Assembly (NCBI RefSeq): GCF_006345805.1
Contig: NC_042998.1
Span: forward strand, 12,214,001-12,278,000
Direction: 5' to 3'
Source: Octopus sinensis
Lineage: Eukaryota
Length of the DNA stretch: 64,000 nt
Below the pieces are notes generated by a model. That model was not told where the DNA came from. It saw only the letters and a program-made list of their open reading frames with translations, and did no database searches. Of the stretch, positions 35,380-49,029 are shown in pieces. Position numbers and translations under genes: made by a program. Position 1 is the stretch's first letter; each line of letters opens with the position of its first letter.

Positions 35380-37900
35380 CATTTGAGTCTACTTAAATTC
35401 TTTGTTCTGGTGTCAAATATTATAATAGGAAGATATTATGTCCTGTCTATCTATCTGTGTTGGAAAAGGAATGATTTGGCTACCGATGCTGTCGAAATAT
35501 TTAGGAGTAGCGATCAGTACAAGACAACAGATAGGTATAGTCATGTGTAGGAGATAAAGGCTGAACAATATCTATATCTTTATGTTGAAAATGAGCTTCT
35601 GGTGCAGCGAAAGTTCCTTGGAAATTTAGTAGGGCGATAAAATTTTGCTCTTTGATAGGATACGCACTTTTTAGTCAATTGATGAACTTCTCAGGTCATA
35701 GATTGCCAAATAGAACAAGCAGGAACAACTGAACATCTTACGTTTAGCAGGTTTAAGAGGTCGTTCATAACCAGTAGACATGTCACACAAAATATGCTTC
35801 TAGTACATGACTCAAAGTTTGTTTCATCGCAATAGTTCGTCCTCCTATCCCTCGTTTATAATCATTTCGTCCAAATCAATAGAACCGTTACAATGCAGAG
35901 AATTCACTTAAGATAAAGCGTCAGTTGGAGCACTTGACATAACGGATATCAATATTAAAATGCAATATGAAGTGAAGATGCAATATGAAGTGAAGATGCC
36001 TATCGTGATTTTTTCCAATTGATATTGGAGACGAAAATTAGAATTTTATGATAAGTATATATGACAAATTTCCTTTTCCAGAAGAGGACGAAACTGCTTA
36101 ACATATTGATATGCTGCTATTACTTTTCGACCGAAAGTTGTATATCTAGTTTCGATCGGTTTCAAGCGCTTCAAGATAAAGGGAACATGCTGCCAGGAAT
36201 AGTTTTAAAATGACATAAAACATTTCGATGCCAATAGCTAAAACTTCTACTAGCAGAGAATCAGGTGCATCAGGTGTCGAGTGAATCAGTAAACAGGCCT
36301 TGAACGATTTGGCCTTGGTCTCCTTAAACGCCATATTTCTTCCTGTATTAAAGGAGGTGTTCCCATTTTTACCACCTCTGATTCCGTAACGGTGCAGCTA
36401 ATGAGTAATTTGTTCCAACACAATGTTAAATGAAACCTCTGTAAAAGATCACTAAGCCAGAAAATTCACGTAATTGTCATTATGAAGGGAGAGCTGGAAA
36501 TAGCGCAATTAGATCTATCGCTTCCGCTATAGAGCGCATATTACTTCTATCAATGATGCTATCTAAAAATATTAAAGACAAAACACCAAAAGAGAAATTT
36601 ATTCTGTAAGGCACGAATCTTGTGGAGTGTTTATTTAGATGACGTTCAGTTTCCAAAGTACTGGCGTTCAAACTGAGTCAACAATATTAGCAAAAGCGAT
36701 ATTGAAGCAGTTTATAAGTGCATCAAAAAAACATTTGGAAGCAATTCGCAGAATTTCAGAGCCTGAAAGGCGTTTTCAAGAATCCATATAGAGCGTTAGG
36801 AATATCACTCTGATCAATGGGTTATACGCATGAATCAAATCATTGTTAAAAAAACAAAAAAGCACTAAAATCGGTTAAAGAGGATAAGACATTATGAAGG
36901 TGAGAAATAGAGCAATTTTAGAACCCAGCATGCAATAGGCCTCGCAAAGATGGCAATCGCCTATGGCGTTTTGGGGGTCCCATGCGTAAGGGAGGAAACT
37001 TGTTGCTAGAAGAGATTCAAATAATTCCGAGCTGCAACATGTGACTAAATTCTTCTTCCGATTTTGCTGCAATAAGACGTTTACGCAGAGCAGAAATAAG
37101 AGGTCTAGTAATAACAATATGATGTGTTACTGAATCTGGAGGTGTTTTGTTACTAAAACCGGGTAAATGATGTCCAGAATGCAACTAAGAAGGGTGTATA
37201 TTTATGGGACGTAAAAGCGATAAAGAAAAGGGGATTGCTAATAACAAGCTTTACGTTAATATCACGTAACCACAAATTAGTATCAATTAAATTTTTGATT
37301 TTTTAAAAAGTCTGCTAAGAAACTAAAATGGTGCTTTGAGCCCCGTGAGAAACTAGATTGCCAAATATTGCATTCTGCACCAGTATCCTCTAGGAAATGA
37401 GCACCCGATGAATATTTACGGTAGAAGTGACATACGGAAGTTGCTTTTATTCTCTGGCCAGTGCGTTTTCCTGTTGCTCAGGAAAAGACTAGAAATAGCA
37501 AGGCAGAAAACTGCGATGAGCATTTAAGGCCTTTCTGCGACGATAGCAACATTGTGAAGACTGCCTTCTGTCAGAATTAGGTTGACGTTTCTGTACCAAA
37601 TTCTGTGACCTTGACACCGAAAGTGTAGAGGAATGAAATCTTTCCGAAAGCTCCAGATTCTTCTGTGAGTAACTGAATTTTGTCTTCCGTAAATTTACGA
37701 AACACCTTATTTCCGAAGGTATAGAAAAATGAGAGAGTTCGAATTTGGTATAGAAATATCGACAATGCCATCAGCTTTCTCTGCCACTTGGACCGCAGAT
37801 GTCTCTACCAGATGTCAATAACACTTGTACATTGAGCAGCAAACATGAAGGATAATTATTTCACGAAATGTTCTTGCAGGGAAGTGATTTTCAGAAGTAG
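35380..37900 (-). pseudogene. Decayed Ty3/Gypsy pol (PR-RT-RH-INT)
   Basis: Minus strand: LVETSA (37794-37811); EFSHMLQLGII*ISSSN (about 36990-37050); DLIHAYN, TPFRL*NSANCFQMF, RQLREFSGLVIFYRGF; integrase HFQHKDIDIVQPLSPTHDYTYLLSCTDRYS (35504-35593). LTRs not found. Confidence 0.85.
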
Positions 37901-38419
37901 TTTCATTCTTTTTAGGAGTTAAGAAGGCTTATTGTTTCTTTTTTTTTTATCTCATAAGTTTGCAGGGTTCTAATGTTGATCCAAGCGCTTATACTGCAAA
38001 ATAGATATGCGTTTTAATACTTATTGCTTGCTTAATTTCCTGGCATTGCAGGACCTGTAATTAAGTCTGACTTCGCTCCTGAAAGCTGATAGAAGAACAT
38101 TTATTAATAAACTCATTTGACGCGATTCCAACTGGATTGTATTAGCCAATAAATGAGCTCCCAACTGGACGAGCCATATGACATGATCCTGTATAGGGTG
38201 GCTGAGTGGAAAAAGGCTGGGAACGGATTATCAGAGGAGGCAGAAATCATGACAAGGAACATATATGTATGTCTATGTATGCAAGTGTGTATGTATGTAT
38301 GTATGTATGTATGTATGTATGTATGTATGTATGTATGTATGTATGTATGTATGCATGTATGTATGTATGTATGTATGTATGCATGTATGTATGTATGTAT
38401 GTACAGAACGCCATGATAG

Positions 38420-38620
38420 ACCGTTAGCTCCTACACGCATTTTTTTTCTCTCCTTGTTTCTCTCCTTGTTTCCTTTCTGTGTATCTTTCTGTCGAAGAGC
38501 GTAGGCTCGAAACGTAAAAGACTTGTTCTATTTCTATTCCTGAGCGCCATACTAATACATTTGTTTGTTTGTACTCCACCTGCCTTCGTCTTTTGTTTAT
38601 TTTCGTAAACCTTCCCGTTA
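38420..38620 (+). mobile_element. Penelope-like terminal fragment with minimal hammerhead-like motif, in (TATG)n
   Basis: Bracketed by (TATG)n at 38285-38400 and 38620-38705; motif at 38484-38521. Confidence 0.55.
38484..38521 (+). ncRNA. Minimal hammerhead-like motif (A6U variant, GUA site)
   Basis: TCTTT-CTGTCGA-A-GAGC GTAG GCTC-GAAAC-GTA-AAAGA. Confidence 0.5.
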
Positions 38621-39589
38621 TGTATGTATGTATGTATGTATGTATGTATGTATGTATGTATGTATGTATGTACGTATGTATGTATGTATGTATGTATGTA
38701 TGTATATAAACATATATATTGCATCATTTTAATTTATTGATATCGTGATAAAGATGAATGATTAAAAAGATGCAGCGAAAATATTAATTAAATATGCAGA
38801 AAAAGGATATTCATACTTCACATACACGTACTAGGTTATGTCCCACTTGCTAGAAAGTGCAGCCCCAAAGTGTTATTTTTTGAGGTTATATGTACAGAAA
38901 CAGATCATTTACATGGTTCATTGTGCAATATTTGGTATGTGCATCCCATTTAGACACATTCATTTCATCAGACTAGTATTTGGGACATCATGTGTTGTTT
39001 AGTATTTTACACGGACACTTTCTTCGACGATTCTGTCATTCAACGAATGTTTGCTTTGGCAGGTAGTTGCAGCCGGAGATTAGTATTTTTAGTGCAGCCT
39101 GTGGTCCTATTGTCTTCTCAGTGTCAGAAAGCCCGTGACTGCTGAAGATAACCGCACTAACATTTACCTGTGTTTCCAAATTGTTCATTTATCCGTCTCG
39201 CTGAGTTTATTGATGAACATTTAATATATCAATATTATGAAGGCGGTGCTGGGAATATGAATCATTACAGATAATGAATGTTCATTGATTGACAGTGCTA
39301 GATTAGAACACCTGTTTTCAAGGGAAGCAGCAATTACACAGCTGTTTGTATTAACAGACAATTGTAAAGAGAAATGAGTCATCAGAAATTGTGAAAAAAG
39401 CTAAAATCCAATATAAAAATTGGACTACAGAATGATCTCAAGAAAGACTCCTATGTTTCCAATGCTTGAATAGAATTGCACTGGTTGGGAAATATAATGA
39501 TTACAGCACTAACTGTAAAGAACATGTTTCAAGACTACCCAAGAGAAGACCACCAGGGCTATATAATTAAACAGGGCGCAATAACTTGA

Positions 39590-40115
39590 TACAGAATATA
39601 CAGAAGTTGGTAGGAAAGAATTTCCCATCTTGTTTTTGGCTGCTCTAAGGTTTGGTACTTAGACAAGAAAGAACAAGTACACAGATATGTCAACTTAATA
39701 AATTATAAATTTCGCCCATATTATGAAATATCATCAATGTGGTGTTATTAGAATACACCAGTAAAATATCTCAGAAATTCACAAATCGACAGGACACTGG
39801 GATATGCTTTGTCTCACAGACAGCGAGATCAAGAATACACTTCAGGATGTTGTCAAGGTCAACCAGGAAAGAATTACTCAAGAGTTGAAAACGTAATTGT
39901 AACTGAAATAGAAAAATTACCCAAATATGAGATCTGGAAATAAAGATAACACTGATGCAGAGTTTGGAAACAGAAGCAATCCATACACAATTAGTTGTCT
40001 TGGGAATTATTTATAAAGTTGCAGATATAAGCACTATCAGATCCCTTGAACTTAAGAAAGGCACAGCATAAACAAAATAGTATTGCTAGGTACTGCACAT
40101 ATACGAGTTACTGAA
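39590..40115 (+). mobile_element. Decayed R4/Dong-clade LINE 3' region
   Basis: SHLVFGCSKV (about 39625-39655) and INKIVLLGTAHIR (about 40068-40106). Confidence 0.7.
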
Positions 40116-40373
40116 CTCTTTATGCGATAGTTGGATAGAGAAAACTTGATCAAATCCTCTCTGACATCCAAGATAGACTGAACTGCTCGCGGCAGTGTAC
40201 TGAAAGCAAGCAATAAAAATACGACTACAAAAACTTGTTCATAGATATGTATACACCGAATACAACGAGTCAGTACGTCATCAATCATCATGGCTAAAAC
40301 AAACTAAAATATACATTCTTACACTCACATATATATAGGGAAATAGAGATGTTAGTAGAGAGATCGATGCAAT

Positions 40374-40535
40374 AGGCGCAGGAGTGGCTGTGTGGTAAGT
40401 AGCTTGCTAACCAACACATGGTTCCGGTTCAGTCCGACTGCGTGGCATCTTGGGCAAGTGTCTTCTGCTATACCCGGGCCGACCAATGCCTTGTGAGTGG
40501 ATTTGGTAGACGGAAACTGAAAGAAGCCCGTCGTA

Positions 40536-40601
<66 letters not shown>

Positions 40602-40828
40602 GTATGTTGTGTGTGTTTGTGTGTCTGTGTTTGTCCCTCTAGCATTGCTTGACAACCGATGCTGGTGTGTTTACGTCCTCGTCAATTAGCGGTCGGCAAA
40701 AAGAGACCGATAGAATAAGTACTGGGCTTACAAGAATAAGTCCTGGGGTCGATTTGCTCGACTAAAGGCGGTGCTCCAGCATGGCCGCAGTCAAATGACT
40801 GAAACAAGTAAAAGAGTAAAAGAGTAAA
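40374..40828 (+). mobile_element. SINE family A
   Basis: Full family A structure. Confidence 0.92.
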
Positions 40829-40831
40829 ATA

Positions 40832-40891
<60 letters not shown>

Positions 40892-40954
40892 GTTCAAAAA
40901 CATGTGGGAAAAAGTACTCGAATACAAAAGGTGCAGTATTACATTTCTTATTAA

Positions 40955-41148
40955 AGCTGCAAAATTATCCCTGAACTGTTACTCATAGTTTCGCACTCCC
41001 GTTCGTCAGGCATTTGTGATAAATTTTGAATTAAAATCATTTAACATATTACATGTAAAATCATGATTTTAATTCAATATTCATCACAACTGTCCGTCGA
41101 ACGTGGACGTGAAACTATGAGTAACAGTTCAGTGATAATTTTGCGGCT
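40955..41148. mobile_element. Fold-back MITE with TTAA target duplication (Kolobok-type termini)
   Basis: TTAA|AGCTGCAAAATTATCCCTGAACTGTTACTCATAGTTTC ... GAAACTATGAGTAACAGTTCAGTGATAATTTTGCGGCT|TTAA; 36/38 TIR match, weaker pairing continues inward. Confidence 0.8.
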
Positions 41149-41262
41149 TTAATCAAAGTACATGTATGTATGTATGTATGTATGTATGTATGTATGTATG
41201 TAGTATGTATGTGTATGTATGTATGTATGAATGGATGGATGTATGTATGTACGTACCTACGT

Positions 41263-41309
<47 letters not shown>

Positions 41310-41315
<6 letters not shown>

Positions 41316-41820
41316 ATAAAAGGGTAAAATTTATTAATTTAATTAATTAATTAATTAATCAATTAATTAATAATTTCCCCAAGTAGATCGGTACGTTAAC
41401 ATAACCTTTATAGGTAAAATTATACAAATATTTTATATTTATAAACATAATTATAATTACGATTCAGCTATTTGCTTCAGCACATTTTGGAAGTGTTTGT
41501 TGGATATCAGTTACATGATGTCGCTCGACCATGTGCATATTTAACCATAGCACTTTCAAATTTTATAATTGGAAATACTGTACTGAAGAGAGAAGTAAGT
41601 AAAATTTAAATCACTTTAATCTCGAAACGCGTATATAGTTAATCCTGGTCGTGTTGATTCATTGTTTTTTCTCTTTGCCTTCGTAAATAAGTATGTTACC
41701 GTCATGGAGATTCTTATGGTAGTAGAAAAGGAATTTTAACTCCTATTTCTAAATTCCGTATGTGGTGAAGCAATTAGCTGAACCCTAATTATAATTATGT
41801 TAATAATTGTAAAATATTTG
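41310..41820 (+). mobile_element. AT-rich Penelope-like remnant between (TA)n tracts
   Basis: Start resembles the 545-unit (AAAATT..AATTAATTAATT..AATTTC(A/C)CCAAGT); contains the hammerhead at 41577-41639. Confidence 0.55.
41577..41639 (+). ncRNA. Type-I hammerhead ribozyme candidate with fully canonical core (GUA site after 41633)
   Basis: ACTGTA/TATAGT helix I (one G-U); CTGAAGA 41583-41589; GAGA/TCTC helix II with G10.1-C11.1; GAAAC 41624-41628; palindromic ACGCGT; GTA. Confidence 0.8.
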
Positions 41821-42056
41821 TATACATATATATATATACATATATACAGAGTGAGGGCGAGAGAAAGAGAGGTGACGGGGTATAGCAGGTCTGCTTATGG
41901 GACTAAATGGGGCAGACATAGCGTGTAAAGAAGCTATCTTCGGATTCTGTCCCATCACATGCCAATCACATTCGTCAGTTTTGTAGAAAATACTATCTTA
42001 TCTATAGCTGTAGATCGACTAATGCTTGCAAATGAATGTTATAGACAGAAGCACGT

Positions 42057-42098
<42 letters not shown>

Positions 42099-42126
42099 TA
42101 TATATATAATATATATATATATATAT

Positions 42127-43952
42127 ACATCTGCACGGCACCAACACACTGCACTGGTTCTAACATAGCTGTTCGTGAGCTCCCCACCCGGGTTAACAGC
42201 TAACATACAACCCACGCAGATACATGTAGATATATGAATAAATATACATCAACCACTTCTATCAGCTTGTGTATATATACGTGTGACCACAATAAACGTA
42301 TTTAAGATTATCACCTCTGTTCCATGTATTTTCTTGCCGGGTTACTACCAATAACATTATAGCCTTCTGAGTGGAGTCACATTAGCTTGAAACAACAACC
42401 TATAACATCTAAAGTAATGAACCGATGTGATGTGGACACTATCCATCTAAATGACATATTTTTCTGTAACCTATCCTCAATCGTATAAGATTGGAGATCA
42501 ACTATCTGTAACGGATTCAAACAAGCTTAAAGATTTAGATTTCGAAGAACACTGGATGAACATACTGAGTGTTATAGGACAATGTTAAGGTTGCGGCATC
42601 AGACTACCTTACTCAGAAATAGCAATCAAGGAACAAAGTATGGGTTGCAGCAACCGTTCACGCTTGCATCATATCGATCCACCCTGCTGACTGAAACAAT
42701 TAAAGATTAGAACAGTTTCCGTTAACACAAAGTTTGGTTGAATTAGTATGTGTGGAATTTGAGTTGCTGAGAGTTTATCTGTTATTATTTCGTTAACGTG
42801 TTATCATTTTCAAAATAGACAAGTCTGACTAGTTGTAAATATGTATGTCAAGTTAAAATAATATCTCATTTTTCTGTTAATCCTTGGAACTGGTCTAACG
42901 TCAGCTAGACGTTTTACACAACACCTATTATAAGAAGAAAAATAACCCTTGATCCTCTCCAATATTTTGTTATATAATTATCTTTTTCTGCTAAATAAAG
43001 GAAAGGAATGTATATTCTGATATACTATCGTGTATCATTTAGATTCCAATATTAAGGGAAATAACACAGATAACAGCTGAAGATACCAGTATCAATGTAG
43101 ACATGAAAACGTGTTTTTTTTTTATAAAAATAAAATAACATGAGTGAAATAAAGAACTAAACAAAAACTAAACAAAAATCTCAAAGAAAAACAACTGCTA
43201 TTAGAGCAACAGAAACTGAAAAGAAACATAAATAATAAATCTCTAGTTCAGGAGGAGAAATAGATGTTGTTATCAGTTACTGTAGCATTCTACTGAGCAA
43301 AATCTTCTTTCTTCCACGAGGTATACTGTCACCATGGTGTTGTTATCAAATATTTATTGAACTAAATCCGTCTTCCATAGTTCTCTTGTATGCTTCCTCA
43401 TGCATAGTTTATACAAATATGCCTTCTCGCTCCTCCTCTCCCCTTCTCTCTCTTTCTCTCGTTTGTGTAATCTATATATTGGTTGTTTTGATAGACATAC
43501 CTATATATATGTGTGTCTGTGATCGTGTGTGTGTGTGTGTGTGTGTTTATATGTGTATACATACATATATGTCTGTATGTATGAAGTATATATATTTTGT
43601 ATGTATTTCACAAAGAAAATTACCCTTTACAGGTAATTTTACATGCTAGAATATAGCAGCCAACACAGCAAAAAACCCCACAAATTTTATAGCAATTTCG
43701 AAGTAAATGAAAATTAAAACCTTTACCTTGCTATTTTGAAATACGAATATGTTGTCTATTGACTTTTAAATACATGCTAGGCCACTGGTGGTGATATTTA
43801 TAACGAGTATTCGCCACCCTATATATATATATGTGGTGTTATATATAGATACATATACATATATATATAATATCTATATATATATATATATATTATATAT
43901 AAATACCTATATATATATCTATATAAATATATATACATATATATATATATAC

Positions 43953-43983
<31 letters not shown>

Positions 43984-45763
43984 CTTATTATAATATTACA
44001 TATATAGATATATATATATTATATATATATATCTATAATATATTATATATACATATATATATATCTATATGTATATATATATATATATATATGTATATGT
44101 AATATATATATACATACATACATATATATATAGGTGGCGAATACTCGTTATAAATATCACCACCAGTGGCCTAGCATGTATTTAAAAGTCAATAGACAAC
44201 ATATTCGTATTTCAAAATAGCAAGGTAAAGGTTTTAATTTTTCATTTACTTCGAAATTTGCTATAAAATTGTGGGTTTTTTTTGCTGTGTTGGCTGCTAT
44301 TTCTAGCATGTAAAATTACCTGTTAAAGGGTAATTTTCTATTTTGAAATACATACATACATATATATATACACTCATACATACAGACATATATGTATGTA
44401 TACACATATAAACACACACACACACACACGCTCACAGACACACATATATATAGGTATGTCTATCAAAACAACCATATATAGATACACATAACGAGAGAAA
44501 GAGAGAGAAGGGGAGAGGAGGAGCGAGAAGGCATATTTGTATAAACTATGCATGAGGAAGCATACAAGAGAACTATGGAAGACGGATTTAGTTCAATAAA
44601 TATTTGATAACAACACCATGTTTCTCCTCCTGAACTAGAGATTTATTATTTATGTTTCTTTTCAGTTTCTGTTGCTCTAATAGCAGTTGTTTTTCTTTGA
44701 GATTTTTGTTTAGTTTTTGTTTAGTTCTTTATTTCACTCATGTTATTTTATTTTTATAAAAAAAAACACGTTTTCATGTCTACATTGATACTGGTATCTT
44801 CAGCTGTTATCTGTGTTATTTCCCTTAATATTTGGAATCTAAATGATACACGATAGTATATCAGAATATACATTCCTTTCCTTATATTTAGCAGAAAAAA
44901 ATAATTTATATAACAAAATATTGGAGAGGATCAAGGGTTATTTTTCTTCTTATAATAGGTGTTGTGTAAAACGTCTAGCTGACGTTAGACCAGTTCCAAG
45001 GATTAACAGAAAAATTGAGATATTATTTTAACTTGACATACATATTTACAACTAGTCAGACTTGTCTATTTTGAAAATGATAACACGTTAACGAAATAAT
45101 AACAGATAACCTCTCAGCAACTCAAATTCCACCATACTAATTCAACCAAACTTTGTGTTAACGGAAACTGTTCTAATCTTTTAATTGTTTCAGTCAGCAG
45201 GGTGGATCGATATGATGCAAGCGTGAACATTGCTGCAACCCATACTTTGTTCCTTGATTGCTATTTTCTGAGTAAGGTAGTCTGATGCCGCAACCTTAAC
45301 CATTGTCCTATAACACTCAGTATGTTCATCAGTGTTCTTCGAAATCTAAATCTTTAAGCATTGTTTGAATCCGTTTACAGATAGTTGATCTATCCAATCT
45401 TATACGATTGAGGATAGGTTACAGAAAAATATGTCATTTTAGATGGATAGTGTCCACATCACATCGGTTCATTACTTTAGATGTTATAGGTTGTTGTTCC
45501 AGCTAATGTGACTCCACTCAGAAGGCTATAATGTTATTGGTAGTAACCCGGCAAAGAAAATACATGGAACAGAGGTGATAATCTTAAATACGTTTATTGT
45601 GGTCACACGTATATATACACAAGCTGAATAGAAGTGGTTGATGTATATTTATTCATATATCTACATGTATCTGCGTGGGTTGTATGTTAGCTGTTAACCC
45701 GGGTGGGGAGCTCACGAACAGCTATGTTAGAACCAGTGCAGTGTGTTGGTGCCGTGCAGATGT
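42127..45763. repeat. 1.7-kb inverted duplication around an AT-rich spacer
   Basis: Arms 42127-about 43820 and 44132-45763; right arm lacks 43261-43332; many 1-nt indels between arms. Confidence 0.9.
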
Positions 45764-47235
45764 TGACAACGTTGGTGAGAGACATTATGGTGGTGACGAA
45801 GATGGAGGTCGCTGTAATATGCTCAGTGGTTAGACCTTAGAAAGTCTGGAACCAACTGACGTTGAGACTAGGAGGAGGTGAGCTGTTATAGCTGATGATA
45901 GGCTCAAATGCTTGTTTGGAACAGACTGTCTCACGTGAAATATTTGAAGGCTGCGATCGGTTGGGTTGCATATTGGCGCGCTTTAAGGTAAGAGACAAAT
46001 TGCGCCAATACTAAGCAATCGGAGTGGTAGACACGATGGGGTCCAAAACAGCAAATAAAGGTTAGCTGTTACCTGCTACGTTCGTAAGTATGTAATATAG
46101 GAGAGCAAAGCTCGCTAGAGTTCGCTACATATTTCTGGAAACCATTGTGTTCTTTTGCAGTTTTTCATTTTAGCAGTTGGGGAAAATGGTGCCTAATTCA
46201 CGGTTATCATATCTTTCAATGCCAACACCTGACGCCACTATATCCCCAATATTTCTAACATGACTTATGCGTATTATTCATTGCACTCCTTCGCTCCAGA
46301 AATTATAACCTGAAAACTTCCGGAAATACATAACATTGTGTAAATTGTCAGCATATATTCCACTTTGGTATTGATCGATATGAGAAATAACATAACGTTA
46401 TCTACAGAAGCAAAATGAATCGTTTTCTTGTGGTTTTAAAGGCTATTGACCTCTTAGTTACATATTCTACTGATCCTGGTAATATGTACATTAAATAATT
46501 GCCTAAAGTTCGTATATAGTTTTGAATTTACTAGCAATTTATTCTATTGAAAATCTCGACATATTCTTAAAGAGAAGTGTACGGTTTCTTTTAATCATCG
46601 TACTTGTATATTGCATTACATGTTTAAGTTTTTGACTTCATCCGAACTCTTGATCATCATTGCAATATCGTTAATAGCAGCATACAGGATACGAGTGTCG
46701 ATGTTCAAGAAATTTATAATAAAAGTACTGGTCCCAAGAGAGATTTCTCAGAAACTTCATCCGGAATTATTGACATTTTGTAAAAAGGTACATTTGGAAG
46801 CTGTTATTTAAAAAGCCAAGCGATCAGTTGCCATGTCTCCCAAAAGTATGTAGCTTTTATCACTTATTCGAGTTTCTTAAAAGCCATTACAAATGCCAAA
46901 TACAGAAGAAATGCATGCACTACAGATATTCAGCAGCGATTCGTAATTTTGCACAAGGTGTTAGATGCAGCATATACACGAATGGTAAATCAGCAAATTT
47001 TATCCTAAGAACAAATTATATCTCTGCTAGTTCATGTTACAATGTTACAAATATACGAAATCCTGACATTTATTTTGCATTTGAAATTAAAGATGACATA
47101 TTCAACTCACATTTCCACATGCACACCTATACACACCACACACACCTATACATACGTATGTATGCGTGTATATATACATGCATACATATATACATATATA
47201 TATATATGTGTGTGTGTGTATATACCTACATACAC

Positions 47236-47301
<66 letters not shown>

Positions 47302-47334
47302 TTACACATACACACACTCATGTATACATATATA

Positions 47335-47682
47335 GTGAAGACGCATGGCTTAGTGGTTAGAGTAATGTGCTCACAATCATGACGTTGTGTGTTCGATTCC
47401 CGGACCGAGCTGTGCGTTGTCTTCTTGAGAAAAACACTTTATTTAGCGTTATTCCAGTTCACTCAGTTGTAGAGATAAGTTGCGACGTCTCTGGTGCCAA
47501 GCTCTCTCGGCGTTTACCTTTCCGTTGGATAACATCGGCGGCGTGGAGAGAGGAGGATGGTATGCATTTGTGACTGCTAGACTTCCACAAAAACAACCTT
47601 GCCTGGATTTGTGCCTCGGAGGAGGACTTTATAGGTGCAGTCCGATGGTAATTCATGACCGAAGGGAGTCTCTTTTTACCTT
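47335..47682 (+). mobile_element. tRNA/CORE-type SINE
   Basis: GCATGGCTTAGTGGTTAG A box, GTTCGATTCC B box, CORE-like TCTTGAGAAAAACACTTT..CACTCAGTTGTA. Confidence 0.75.
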
Positions 47683-47699
47683 ATATTATATTATATTAT

Positions 47700-47782
<83 letters not shown>

Positions 47783-49029
47783 TATATATACTAGGATAAA
47801 AATTTCTCGCTGCTATTCGAACTGGTCATAGTTCAACAGTGTTGGTAAGCTGAAAATATATACGCATTTGTCATTTTCCATACGATAAACTATAAAGTGT
47901 ATTGTTTAAATTTACTATGTTGTGTGCTTTTACATTGTTTGAAAATACATATTTCTACTGGAGTTTCAAATCATACGAAAAGGGAATTTCATTCAATTTA
48001 TATGAAGAACATTTACGAGCGAAGATAAAGTTCTAAAATCTCTAAACGAGATACAGTTTTATTGTACATTTGATCAGTTAATGTAACTCTCAAGAACATA
48101 TATCATGTGTTTCAGAAATGTTCTACGCGTTACATTTCAGGGAATCTTCCTCATTAACTCTTGTTGTATTTGCAGAAGACGCAAGAGTGCATTTGACGAT
48201 AAATAGCGATTCAAATTGGCAGCTGTAGGGCAGTAGGGATTTAAAGTAAAAAGAAAAGTGTTCTAGTTCTAGGTACCAATTTGGACATTCTTCTAGAACG
48301 AATTGGATAGTGAAAACAATTTCATAAATTACTAGTTGGTTGGGTATGACTCAGTGCAAACCTTTGCCACTTCGATCAATTTTAGCGAATCGGTAATCCA
48401 ACTTGACTGTTTCATATTTAGATAGAAATAAATATTTTTATCAAAATAATTCATAAAAAGGTAGTTTTTTTGTTTGAAATTATTCTTCAATGTTTGGTTG
48501 TATTAAATGCTTGTGTTATAGCCTTTCCACCCATGAATCATTCTATAAAGTAAAAGAAATACTCATCACACCCCTTTCGGACAAATGTAATGACTCACAA
48601 GTTGGGGAAACTTTAGACAATGACATACTTCGTTGCACCTTCATTAATTAACATTAATTAACAAAAATGCTGGATATTTGTATGTAAGGGGAAGGAAAGA
48701 AGCTCGGTCGTTGATGCATTTGTCAAAGGTAACGGCAACAAAAATATGAAATACTTCAATGTAGAATTCAAAATAACTCTTACTGCATGATGCACGTCAC
48801 AGGTTTCAACCGTGCAGCATCGTTTGAACTGAACGCAAACCGCCGAATGGAACTTACCCAAGGCATAGACTTCATATTGAAGTTCATGATTTCAAATCTT
48901 AAGTGGATTCGAAATGAAACTTCAACTTGGATTGCATCTGTTGGAAAACACACCACAACACCATACACATGATATTGTTTATAAAGAGTATTTATTTTCA
49001 AATGTTTCTCTCCATAAATAACGAAACTA

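Noticed and set aside
36610-36660. VYLDDV on the plus strand, resembling an RT active site
   Set aside because: The Gypsy RT motifs here are all on the minus strand, where the catalytic motif is decayed (NIVD); the plus-strand match is coincidental.
43073-43116. CTGAAGA..GAAAACGTGTT motif (and its mirror in the duplicated arm)
   Set aside because: Helix II and helix I do not pair properly, and there is an extra A after GAAA.
46828-47100. Non-repetitive 5' part of the 184-aa ORF (..[13 protein letters not shown]..)
   Set aside because: Only vague resemblance to P-element-type transposases; it runs into microsatellite, with no splice or homology support.
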